Source: Malacoraja senta (Eukaryota). Taken from it: a stretch of 64,000 bases of DNA. Shown here piece by piece: positions 51,566 through 63,445 of this stretch; positions within the stretch are counted from its first letter, which is position 1, and the number at the start of each line of letters is the position of its first letter. Below the pieces are notes generated by a model. That model was given only the letters and a program-made list of their open reading frames with translations, was not told the DNA's origin and made no database searches. The translations under genes were made by a program, and so were the position numbers. The stretch spans positions 11,782,001 through 11,846,000 of the forward strand of contig CM075990.1 in the NCBI GenBank assembly GCA_038087875.1, in the 5' to 3' direction.

Positions 51566-52695
51566 ATCAAGGTTTAGGTCCAAAATGTCAAACATGGGTT
51601 TGCAAAGTAAAGGCAGTTTGGAAAACAGTAAAAGGAAAAAAAGGAAGTTAGACAGAAAATGGTTGGGGGTAACTCCAGGGCAGGGCAGGCAGCATCTCTG
51701 GAGAGCAGGGATGGGTAACGTTTCAGGACGAGACCCTTCTTCAGGACGGGAAAGGAAAAAAAGTATTGTGTTTCTGTGTCACTACTTTCTGTTGTTCCAG
51801 TATTTTAGAGCTAAGGACCATTTGAAATCCAGTCACTGCTCTATTGTGTGAATATGGTGGTCAACATGTCCACAGCAAGCTTCCATGACAACAATGTGTT
51901 GATGATGCATTGCTGGGGGTATAAACATTGACCAGATCACGGACAGGGGTAGCTCTTGTTCTCTTCTTCAAAGCAGGAACACATGAAGAGTTGCATCCAC
52001 CAGAGAGTGGGTCCTCTGACAGTGCCCACTGTCTCAGCCCCGCACCGTAGCGACAGCCTCGATCCATTGGAGCCCACCATCGCGGAAGAGCAAGGGGAAG
52101 GACGTGAACTATATTTCACCTTCCACCACAATGAGGAGTGTGTAGGAGTCACTGTGGTGGATGTTCAATGTTGAAAGGTGTTTTGATTGTTTTGTCTCCA
52201 AGATGGCTGCCGGAAGGAAGAGGGAACGCAGGCGCGTTTAGCTGCCGCTGTTCTCTCTTTGAATTGTGTGTTGTTGATGTCCCTGCTATTTTTGGTTTCT
52301 TGTTTTATTCTGCTTATATGTTTTGTCATCTGCTTATTAAATGTTGTAAGTCGTCCTTGAGAGTCTTTGGTAGGGGCCCATAATTATAATGTTAATAATA
52401 ATAATAATAAGAATTGCTGCAGCCTGCGCAGAAACAGCCACCGTTGTGCCGTGCATGTCTCTACTTCCTCACGGGGGAGGTAGACCCAAAGTGCCGGAGT
52501 AACAGAGTCAGTGCGAGTCAAGCAGCATCTCTGGAGAGAAAAGACGCGTGACGTTTCGGGTGGGAAGAAGGGTTCCGACCCGAAACGCCACCCTTCCATT
52601 TTCTCCCGCCTGACCTGCCGGGGGGTTACTCCAGCACTTTGTGTCTGTCTTCGGTATAAACACGCATCTGCGGTTCCTTCCTAGACTACTCCGCT

Positions 52696-52726
52696 TACTA
52701 ACTAACTGTTCTCTTCTGTTGCACAG
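52696..52726 (+). promoter_or_regulatory. Branch point (TACTAAC) plus polypyrimidine tract and 3' splice site of exon 3
   Basis: Perfect TACTAAC at 52696-52702 with an overlapping CTAAC, followed by tgttctcttctgttgcacAG. Confidence 0.75.
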
Positions 52727-52870
52727 GGCTGGTCGTTCGGGAGGTTCACATTGAGGTGTCCCGGCAGCAGGTGGAGGAGCTGTTCGGTCTGGAAGACTTC
52801 TGGTGCCAGTGTGTTGCCTGGAGCGCCTCGGGTACGACCAAGAGCAGAAGAGCTTACGTCCGCATTGCCT
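52727..52870 (+). CDS. UNC5B: UNC5 coding exon (exon 3 equivalent; C-terminal half of Ig1)
   Basis: Polypyrimidine tract + gcacAG acceptor, donor GCCT|GTACGT, 144 nt, phase 1-1. Encodes (G)[47 protein letters not shown](Y), in frame with the previous exon. Confidence 0.94.
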
Positions 52871-53941
52871 GTACGTATACCTGTCCTCGACACCTCGTGG
52901 ACCGGGCACTCATCTTGATCTACAAACATGTCCAGAACGTTTTCATTCATTGTCCTTTTGACGTTATTTCGTGCTAATGTTAGTGCCCCCGTTTCAGTTT
53001 AGTTTATTGTCACGTGTACCGAGGTACAGTGAAAAGCTTTTTGTTGCGTGCTATCCAGCCAGCAGAAAGACAACTCATGATTACAATTGAGCCATTTACA
53101 GTGTGCAGGTACATGATAAGAATAAGGGGTAAGCCATTTAGAACGGAGATGATGAAACACTTTTTCACACAGAGTTGTGAGTGTGTGGAATTCTCTGTGG
53201 AGAATGGTGAGTGTTGGAGGCCGGTTCTCTGGATACTTCCAAGAGAGAGCTAGATAGGGCTCTTAAAGATAGCAGAGTCAGGGGATATGGGGAGAAGGCA
53301 GGAACGGGGTACTGATTGGGGATAATCAGCCATGATCACATTGAATGGCGGTGCTGGCTCGAAGGGCAAAATGGCCTACTCCTGCACCTATTGTCTATTG
53401 TCTATAAGGGAATAACGTTTAGTGCAAGGTAAACCTCGGTGGTTTACACAAAGGAGAATATGATCATGGGAGATGTTTCAATATGGCTGGTCTTCAGGTG
53501 GTGGTTTGGTTATATTGCAGCCATTCATTCCCATTCAGGGTGAGGGAGCAATGGGAACTCTCATTCTACGCCTGCCATCGCCCTTGCTTCATGTTCTACT
53601 TGTATTTGCACCGTCTGGTGAGAATTAAATGGTCTGCACAACACTAGGACCGGTGAGCGGATCTCCACTGCCACCACTGAAATAAGCCTGTGACTAGTAA
53701 ACCCAGATAGGCACAAAGTGCTGGAGTAACTCAGCGGGTCAGGCAGCATCTCTGGAGAAATGGAATAGGTGACGTTTTCGGTCAGAACTCATCTTCAGAC
53801 TGAAAGATAGAGAAGGCCAGAACAAAATAGGGCCAGCAACAGATTAAGAAGCAATTAGTGAGATACATGGATAGGACAGGTTTAGAGGGGTACGGGCCAA
53901 ACACAGGCAAGTGGGACTAGTGTAGACAGGACATGTTGGTC

Positions 53942-54072
53942 GGGGGTGGGAGATTGCAACCTTCACGTGTTTCGACGAATGCAATCAACCCGGCATGCAC
54001 AATCAAATAAGATCAAATAGAACAAGTTGTCGTACAACTTTAGGCTGTGCACGCCATACACAAGAAGAAGAA
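53942..54072 (+). mobile_element. Short non-autonomous retroelement, Vingi/Ingi-like tail, HDV-ribozyme-like 5' end
   Basis: TSD GACATGTTGGTC/GACAAGTTGGTC; ends CGCCATACACAAGAAGAAGAA; second copy at 36707-36856. Confidence 0.65.
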
Positions 54073-55751
54073 GACAAGTTGGTCGATGTGGGCAAGTTGG
54101 GCCGAAGGGCCCGTTTCCACACTGCATGCCTCTATAACAGATGACCTCAGGAAGGGTGAAGTCCATAATGCCCCACTGTTGGCTGAGGTAGATACAAGGA
54201 AGGGGGACAAGGATACAAACAGTGGAACGTAGGATGGCCAGGGTGGGGTTGTGGTGGAGAGACGGGGGGGAGAATGTGGAAGTTATTTGAAATATGAGAA
54301 ATCAACGTTCATACCGCTGGGTTGTAAGCTGCCCAGGTGAAATATGACGTGTTATTCCTCCAATTTGCATGTGGCCCCACTCTGACAGCGGAGGAGGTGC
54401 AGGACAGAAAGGTCAGTGTGGGAGGGGGCGGGGCGTTAAAGTGTTTGACAACCACGAGATGGCCTAGGCCAAGGTGGACAGAGCGTAAGTCTATGAGAAC
54501 TTATCGCAGGGATGTAGGGGGTTGGAGTGAAGTTGAGATGATTATGATTTCCGTAGACGCCAGTGTAACTTGCATGGTCGCAGTCTGTCTATTGGAAAGG
54601 CTTCTCAAGCAGAGGGTTGTGATTGCAACTGGAGTTATGTCAGCCTGAAGCATTGCCTGAGGTGTTTCCTGTTCCCACCAAACCAGTGTTGCTCTATAAA
54701 TGCATTGCATAGTGGATTCAACAGTTTTGACTGGTTGAAAGGTCACAGGTCATGGAAACAGGCCCTTTGGCCCATCGAGTCCATGCCAACCATCGATAAC
54801 CCGTTCGTACTGGTTCCATGTTATCCCACTTTTGCATCCACTCCCTAGGGGCAATCCACAGAGGGCCAATTTAGCTACAAACCTGCACGTCTTTGCGATG
54901 TGCAATGAAAGCGGAGCACCTGGAGGAGAGCGTGTAAACTCCACACAGTCAGCACCCGAGGTCAGGATCGAACCTGGGGTCTCTGCTGCTCTACCAGCTG
55001 TGCCACCCTCATGCTGCTGCCCCTATTGAAAATGGGTGCCACATCACACTTTGTCCATTAGCCCTGAATATCCATCAAGATCTGTTAATAGAGGCACAAT
55101 TTAGAGTATTGTGACCAGCTCTGGGCACCATGTTATAGGCAATTTGTTGTCAAGCTGGATAGGGTGCGGAGAAGATTTATGAGAATGTTGCCTGGATTCG
55201 AGCGCCTGAGCCATAGGGAAAGGTTGAGCAGGCTAGGACTCTATTCCTTGGCAGGCAGGAGGCAGGAGGATGAGGGCTGGTCTTACAGAAGTTTAGAAAA
55301 TCATGAGTGGAATAGATCAGGTAAATGCACCAAGTCTCTTGCCCAGAGTAGACAAATTGAGAACCAGAGGACATCGTTCAAGGTGAGGGGGGGAAAGATG
55401 GGGACCTGAGGGTTAACCTTTTTACACAAAGGGTAACGGGTGTTTGGAACGAGCTGCCGGAGGAGGTAGTTGAGGCTGGTACCATCACAACATTCAAGAA
55501 ACATTCAGACAGGTACATGGATAGGTTAGGTTTAGGAGGATATGGGCCAAACGCAGGCAGGTGGGACTGAGCAAGTTGGGCTGAAGGGCCTGTTTCCATG
55601 ACTCTATAACACAAGGAACTGCTGATGCTGGAATCTGGTGTAGAACGCAAAGTGCTGGAGTAACTCAACAAGTCAGGTGCCAGACCTGCTGAGTTACGTC
55701 GACACCTGGTGTTCTGCATCTAGAGTTATTTGTGTTTACAGTATGAAACAC

Positions 55752-56236
55752 TGCCATAGAGGGAGTACAGAGAAGGTTCACCAGGCTGATTCCTGCATAG
55801 ACTCGGCTTGTACACGTTGGAATTCAGAAGACTGAGGGGGGCTCTTATAGAAACTTACAAAATTCTTAAGGGGTTGGACAGGCTTGATGCAGGAAGATTG
55901 TTCCCGATGTTGGGGAAGTCCAGAACTAGGGGTCACAGTTTAAGGATAAGAGGGAAGACTTTTAGGACCGAGATGAGGAAATCATTTTTTACACAGAGAG
56001 TGGTGAATCTGTGGAATTCTCTGCCACAGAAGGTAGTTGAGGCCAGTTCATTGGCTATATTTAAGAGGGAGTTAGATGTGGCCCTTGTGGCTAAAGGGAT
56101 CAGGGTGTATGGAGAGAAGGCAGGGATGGGATACTGAGTTGGATGATCAGCCATGATCATATCAAATGGCAGTGCAGGCTCGAAGGGCCGAATGGCCTAC
56201 TCCTGCACCTATTTTCTATGTTTCTATGTTTCTATG
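55752..56236 (+). mobile_element. CR1-clade LINE 3' fragment (young, internal deletion)
   Basis: Nearly identical to the reverse complement of 6660-7180; (TTTCTATG)n tail. Confidence 0.9.
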
Positions 56237-57578
56237 AAACTCCTGCGAAACCTCAAGAAGAAGTTCTCCACCTCTCTCCGACAGGAGTTCTGTGAGACCC
56301 CTTCTCACTGCTCCCCCTCTGTGATTTCACTATCTATGTCCTCCAGAGATGCTGCCTGGCCCACTGAGTTACTCCAACATTTTACGCTCCACTGATCCCT
56401 CTCCTGGAATTAATAGCTTCTGCTCTTTGGTAGGTTTTGATAAAGCAACTTACTGCTGATGCTAAATAAAATGCTGGGACTACTCAGCGGATCAGGTAGC
56501 ACCTGTAGTTGAAGAAAGAGTTAACATTTCACATCAATGATCTTCCATGTCAATGACCTTTCACCAGAACTGACAAAGGTCATCGAGATGAAACATTAAC
56601 TCCGTTTCTCTGCCCTGGGGTGTTTATCTGCTTTGAGATTGATTAGCCTGGAGATGATTACCAAATCTTTTATAACAAAGTAATTGATTATATTGTGGTT
56701 TGAGACAGCACATGCCTTCTCTGATGTGTGTCTGGATGAAAGATTTGTTCGGGATATCTCCCATTGTATCCTTGTTCACAGATACAAGCATCTTATTTCT
56801 TCCACTGCTCATCCCCTCTTCTCTCCCACAGTTCTCAACGACTATTTTCCACCATTTTGCTTCTTCTCGACCTCATCCTTTTTGCAGATCCCAGTGCAAA
56901 TCCACTCACCCCCATTTCTGCCTTCACTTTGCGACTGTCCCATACAATCCCTGCAAGATTGTTAAAGCTCGTTATCCCACTTTGAGGAAAAAAACATGAC
57001 GGGCAAACTAATTGGTCGGCAGGCAACAAAAGCTTTTCACTGTACCTCGGTACACGTGACAATAAACTAAACTGAACTGATGACGTTAATAACTGATCAA
57101 TCCCCTGATTCTAGTGCCGATGACTAAGCCTAAAATAATTCACTGCCGAGATAATGGATTGATCCCGTTCAAAATCATAATCTGATTGAAAGCCACAAAT
57201 GCAGCACTACAGAGAGACACAAATTGCTGGAGTAACACAGGCAGCATCTCAGGAGAGAAGGAATGGGTGACGTTTCGGGTCGAGACCCTTCTTCACACTG
57301 GAGCACTACTATTTAGTGGAGAGGGAGAGAAAGTGAGAGAGGCCAGTTTGCCGAACACCCTTCATTAGAAAAACGACTGAAGTCGATTATTCAGTGAACA
57401 GTGATTCTACCGAAGTGTGTTATTACTAATGTGGTTTCATGCAAGGTAAATTGTGTTTGATAGCTCTATTAATGTTTCTTTAAGGATGTAACAAGCAGGG
57501 TGGATGAAAGAGAACAGATGGATGTGCTTGTTTTTGGTTTGCCTGAAGGCATTTGATAAGGTGCTACATAACAAGTTA

Positions 57579-57807
57579 AGGGCCTGTCCCACTTGGCCGT
57601 CATTTGCGCGTAATTTGCGCGCCATCATTTACGTGTCACGACACACGATGCTGGCGTTGTGACACGCACGTGATGCGCGCATTATGCACGCATGGTGCGT
57701 GATGACACAGGCAGTGCCGCGCACGGCGTCCCAGGATTTTGTGATGTACAAAAGCTTCGCGCGCCATCTGCGTGACGCGCAAATGACGGCCAAGTGGGAC
57801 AGGCCCT
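57579..57807. mobile_element. PIF/Harbinger-type MITE (subfamily B, short)
   Basis: Long TIRs, TTA duplicated, inside an old CR1 RT fragment (aaggcatttgataaggtgc). Confidence 0.87.
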
Positions 57808-60069
57808 TTATTCCACCAGGGCTCAGGATTTGAAGGTGATATTTGACCACAGATATGATTGCCCATCCCACAAAAAAGCTTGCAGGATGAATGGGCCAAT
57901 TTTGATTTGGCAAGTTAGTGCAGGACTAGGGAAGTTAGATGGATCACTGCGGAGACCTGCATTGATTACAATGAATATTAATGACTTAGGGAAAGGTACT
58001 ATAGAAATAGAATCAAACAACACGAAAACAGGCCTTCAGCCCAGCATGTCCATGCTGTCCATTGTTTATCCATTTAGGCTCCTAAAAATACATGTGCTAA
58101 TTGATCAAGTTTTTCCAGCACTATTTAGATCCAAATCGGCTGTTGCTGGGGAAGAAGCTCTGAGGAACACAGAAGGGCTGGAAATGGAATAGGAAACATT
58201 GAAAATGTGAAGTGAGAACAGAAAATGCTGGAAACACGCACAGAGTTAGGCAGAAAACATGGACATAGAGGCAGAGTTAATGGTTCAGGATGAAGCCTCC
58301 TGGTCAGGAGGTCAGAAAAAATATGATAAGTGGGCAGACAGAATTTTGGCAGATAAGTTCAAGGTGGTGAAATGTGGATTATCCACTTTGATAAGAATAG
58401 AAAAGCAAATGATTTATTTAAAGGAATTCCCTGCACCGATTAGTATGTCGGTACGCCGAATAATTCGGAAGGTAGATGGTAGGTTGTTTCAAGGAGGATG
58501 GTGTTGAAATTTCTTGGTCCAACTGTGAAGGATATTGTTAAGGCCACACCTGAGGTACTCCGCGCTTGTGCGATGTCTCTATAGATGCTGGATATGCTTT
58601 ATACGGGTAAAAATCATTTGGACTGGTACATGGATAGCATAGGCTGCATATGGGCCAAATGCAGGCAGGTGGGACTAGTGTAGATGGGGCCTGTTGGTTG
58701 GTGTGGGCAAGTTCAGCCAAAGGGCTTGTTTTCATGCTCCATGACTCTATGACACAGAGAAAATCCAGAGACAGAGATGACGGGATGAAGAAGATGCTTT
58801 ATGGATAATGATTATGAATAGAAATAGCCTGAACTCTTTGAATTTTGAAATATAAAAGGCTATGAGAGGAATTGGTGGGGTAGATGCTGTGAGGATGTTT
58901 CCACTGGAAGAAGGGCAAGGATAATCCATTGAAGATTAAGATGAAGCGGAATTATATCTCACATGGTGGTAAACCATTGGTTTTCCCCATTCCAGAAGAT
59001 TTTGGAACCTCATTTTGTCCCCTGAGCAATGAGGCTTGGCTAGATCTTTATCAGTAATCCTCATTTTGGTCAGAGGTTGAAGAATCTGTGAGAATAGATC
59101 CATGAATAATAACAGGACAAGGAGGTAGACAAAAATGCTGGAGAAACTCAGCGGGTGAGGCAGCATCTATGGAGCGAAGGAATGGGTAACGTTTCGGGTC
59201 TCGACCTCACCCGCTGAGTTTCTCCAGCATTTTTGTCTACCTTCGATTGTTCCAGCATCTGCAGTTTCTTTTTTAAACAGGACAAGGAGGATATTTTATC
59301 AGGAGAAAATGCACAAGCTAAAGTCTGTTCTAGGTCAGGAGATAGTTTTGTATTTACAGAGGTATTGACATAAAGCCAATGGCCCGACCAGCCCCAATCT
59401 TGGCTTACGCAAGCTTATGAAACCATTCATCCTACAACTGTTCTCAATTGTTATATTTTTTATTATTTTTCTTTTATTCTTACATAATAATATATTTTTA
59501 GATTTTTATATATCTTTAGATTTATTTTCCTGTTAAATTGCTTGTTGATATACTTATTTGCCATAGGTTATGTTCGTCGATCCCAAATACTCCCAAGACC
59601 TACAGGTTTGTAGGTTAATTGGTTTGGTATAGATGTATATTGACCCTAGTGTGTGTAGGATGGCGTTAGTGTGCAGGGATCGCCGGTCGGTGCGGACTCG
59701 GTGGGCCGAAGGGCCTGTTTCCTCGCTGTATCTCTGAACTAAACTCAACTAAATACGATTAAAGTAGATCAAGGATATTAGCTGAGCAGGATAATGAGTG
59801 GTACGGGTCGAAAGATGATCAGAGGTTCTTGCCATGAAGCTCAAAGGTAATTTATAACTAATTTCCCCCCCGAATCTTTGTCTTCCCCAATATGCGTCTG
59901 AGTTGTAGCCCCCCCCCCCCCCACACAGTTGGTGGCGCAGAATCCTATGTGGTAGACATTGGGTGACAAGGAGCTAAAGTATAATCTTCTTCATACGGTG
60001 AAGTTGAGAGATTTGTGGGAAGATCCAATGCAGCACAATTTCAACTTGACTTTGCCCCGTTCTCTGCAG

Positions 60070-60173
60070 ACCTGAGGAAGAACTTCGAGCAAGAGCCATT
60101 GGGAACGGACGTGACGCTAGAACACGAGGTCCTCCTGCAGTGTCGCCCACCAGAGGGCGTCCCACCAGCAGAG
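60070..60173 (+). CDS. UNC5B: UNC5 coding exon (exon 4 equivalent; start of Ig2)
   Basis: Acceptor tctctgcAG|AC, donor GAG|GTACAC, 104 nt, phase 1-0. Encodes (Y)[34 protein letters not shown], in frame with the previous exon. Confidence 0.93.
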
Positions 60174-60789
60174 GTACACGCCGCACTTTGGAGTTCATTT
60201 GTCCCCTGAGCAGTCCGGTTTGGTTAGACCTGTATGGGCAATCCTAATTTTGGTCCGAGCTTGTATAAGCTGCGAGAAAAGATTCATAAAAAATAATAAT
60301 ATAAGGCAGGGGAGATAGTTTATCTGGAAAGAATGCACAAGCTAAAGATCCCATCTCATAAAATAAGAAAGATCTCAAAAATAATGAAAAAGTGTTGTTT
60401 GGTGCCAGTGGAGAAGACAATTCCACTTGAGGGAGATTTTGTTAGTCTTTCAGGTCAGGTGTTTTAGCCTGAAATCTCTCTCGAGTGGAAATCTCTTCTC
60501 TTGTCTTCGATAAAATGATCCTCAAAAAATCCAAGTGTTGAATTTGGGAGAAATGTCTTTACTCAGTACTAAGAATGTTTACTTGCTCGCATAGGGAGTG
60601 GGTTGAGATGAATGACTATAAATGTGTATTCAAGAGTCGAGTTAAGATTCAAGAGAGTCAAGAGGGTTTTATTGTTATATGTCCCAAAAGGGAACTAGGA
60701 CAATCTTACTTGCCGCAGCACGGCAGATGTGTAAACATAGTACTCTGTAAACGCCATAATAAGCAACCAAAAATGTTTAACCTTCATGC

Positions 60790-60858
60790 GCACACACACC
60801 CATACACACACACGCACGCACGCACGCACACACACACACACACGCACGCACGCACGCA

Positions 60859-60903
<45 letters not shown>

Positions 60904-61024
60904 ATACATGCGCACACACACACACACACACCCATACACGCGCGCACACACACACGCACGCACGCCCGCCCGCCCGCACGCCCGCCCGCCCGCACGCACG
61001 CACGCGCACACACACACACACACA
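60790..61024. repeat. (CA)n/(CGCA)n/(CGCC)n compound microsatellite
   Basis: Read directly from the sequence. Confidence 0.95.
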
Positions 61025-62899
61025 AAATAATACATATACAAATGATAATATAATCACTAATTCAAGTGGAAAAGAGATAAACATGTGAGGGAGAATGGAA
61101 TAGAAGACGGAGGAAGGCTGGAGAGAAGAATAGTTGGAGACTTGAACACTTTTATCGAACATAATACCCATTGAGACCTACTGTGAATAAATAAATGCCT
61201 TGCTCATTGAGTCACAACTAAGTTATGTGCAGTCATAGACACTGAAACCAGACATTTATTAGGGTCCCCGACAAGAACATAACAATGAGTCACTTAAGTT
61301 AAGCCAGGAAAAAGATGATTGAAGCACAGAGGTTCCAAGATGCCCATTAAAATCACTGTTGTGCATCTTGCAAATATCAGTCTGGACAGTTGACTTACCT
61401 GAGATGGTGAAAGGTCATTGTCTTCAGCTACAGTATCCACCATCAGGGAGCAGGTGGCCACAAAATGAAGGGAGGTCACGGTCTGGTTAAAAAATGAACA
61501 GGATATTTAAGCTTCTTTTTTACGATAATATATGGACATAAACGAGATGGAAGACATTTTGAAAGTTGTTCACTTTTGGTTGTTGTTGGATATGCTCAGC
61601 TCCCTATACCCAGTCACACTGTGGTGGTGGGTGCTCTGGCTTCCTCTCGCATCTCAAAGACGTATGGGTTGGTAGGTTAATCGGTGGCTGTAAATTGCCC
61701 CAGGTGTGTGGGTGAGTTCACAACTTATAGGGGTAGAATTAGGCCATTCGGCCCTTCGAGTCCACTCCGCCATTCAATCATGGCTGATCTCTGCCTCCTA
61801 ATCCCATTTTCCTGCCTTCTCCCCATAACCCTCTCGTTCTAATCAAGAATTTGTCTGTCTCTGCCGTAAAAAGGTGAGGGTATAATCTGGGTGAAGTTGA
61901 TGAGAATGTGAGAAGATTTTTTTTTAATAAGGGATTGATTAGAATTGGTGTAAATGGGCACTTGATGGTTAATGGTCTGAAAGGCCTGTGTCCACACCAT
62001 ATGTCTCTATAACCCTACGATGGAAGTTCAGACCTGAGTACAATCAGTGGCCAAACCCTTGCAAGATTTATCACAAGTCATTGTAGACTTATTACTCCCT
62101 GTCCCTCCCGTTAAGTTTAATGAGGAAGGGTTGTCTAAAGTGAACTGAGTAAGCAAAGGTAGCCAAAAATGCTGGAGAAACTCAGCGGGTGCAGCAGCAT
62201 CTATGGAGCGAAGGAAATAGGCAACGTTTCGGGCCGAAACCCTTCTTCGGACTGAGTAAGCAATGCAGGTTGCGTAGGAAGGAACTGCAGATGCTGCCTT
62301 ACACCGAAGATAGACACAAAATGCTGGAGCAACTCAGCGGGTCAGGCAGCAAAAGGAATAGGTGATGTTTTGGGTCCGGGGGGGGTGGAAAACAGGAGGT
62401 ATGAAAAGGTTCAAAACAAATCAGAGCTGGCACCGATGACCAAGTAAAGGTGGAGCCCACAATGGTCCATTGTTGGCCTTGGAAGAGGTGATAACAAAGG
62501 GAGACATGGATGCGAACAGTGGAACTGGCAGGATGACTAGGGTGGGGGAGAGGTTGATTGAGAGGGAATGCAGGGATTACTTGAAGTTTGAGAAATCAAT
62601 ATTAATACCGTTGAGTTGTAAGCTGCCCAAGCAAAATATGAGGTGCTGTTCCTACTAATGCAAGTTGCTACCTTATATATTTAAGATTCTTTATGAATGG
62701 GTCACCAACTTGTCATGATCAAAGTCACTATTGTATCCAATGTCAGGGACAGAAAACAGTGTCAGCCAATAGAGCTAAAACAGTCAAAGTAGAGGTACCT
62801 CAACGTGGTCCCACCCTGTGCCTCTATAATTGAGCCCTGTTACAACTGAGCTGAATTTTGTGAGATGCGTCAAATGTGTAGCTGCTGCAATGTGTATTA

Positions 62900-63445
62900 G
62901 TTGAGTTTATTGTCACGTGCTGTCAGGTGGTGTGAAAAGCTTTTGTCGTGTGCCAACCAGTCAGCGGAAAGACAAGAAATGATTACAATTAAGCCATTTA
63001 CAGTGTATCGATACATGATAAGGGAATAACGTTTAGTGCAAGGTAAAACCAGCAAAGTCCGATCATGGATAGTCTGAGGGTCACCATTGAGGTAGATCGT
63101 AGTTCAGGGCTGCTCTCTGGTTGTGGTAGGATGATTCAGTTGCCTGATAACAGCTGGGAAGAAACTGTCTCTGAATCTGGTGGTGTGCGTTTTCACACTT
63201 CTGTACCTTTTGCCTGATGGGAGAGGGGAGAGAAGAGGGAGTGGCCAGGGTGCGACTCATCCTTGATTATGCTGCTGACCTTGCCGAGGCAGCGCGAGGC
63301 ATAAATGGAGTCAATGGAAGGGAGGTTGGTTTGTGTGATGGTCTGGGCTGCGTCCACAATTCGCTGCAATTTCTTGCGTTCTCAGATGGAGCTGTTCCCA
63401 AACCATGCTGTGACGCATGGTAATAAAAGGCTTTCTATGGAGCAT
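62900..63445 (-). mobile_element. Rex1/Babar-type LINE 3' fragment (second family)
   Basis: Reverse complement of the 47950-48320 family, extending further 5'. Related pieces at 41275-41640 and 52992-53435. Confidence 0.78.
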
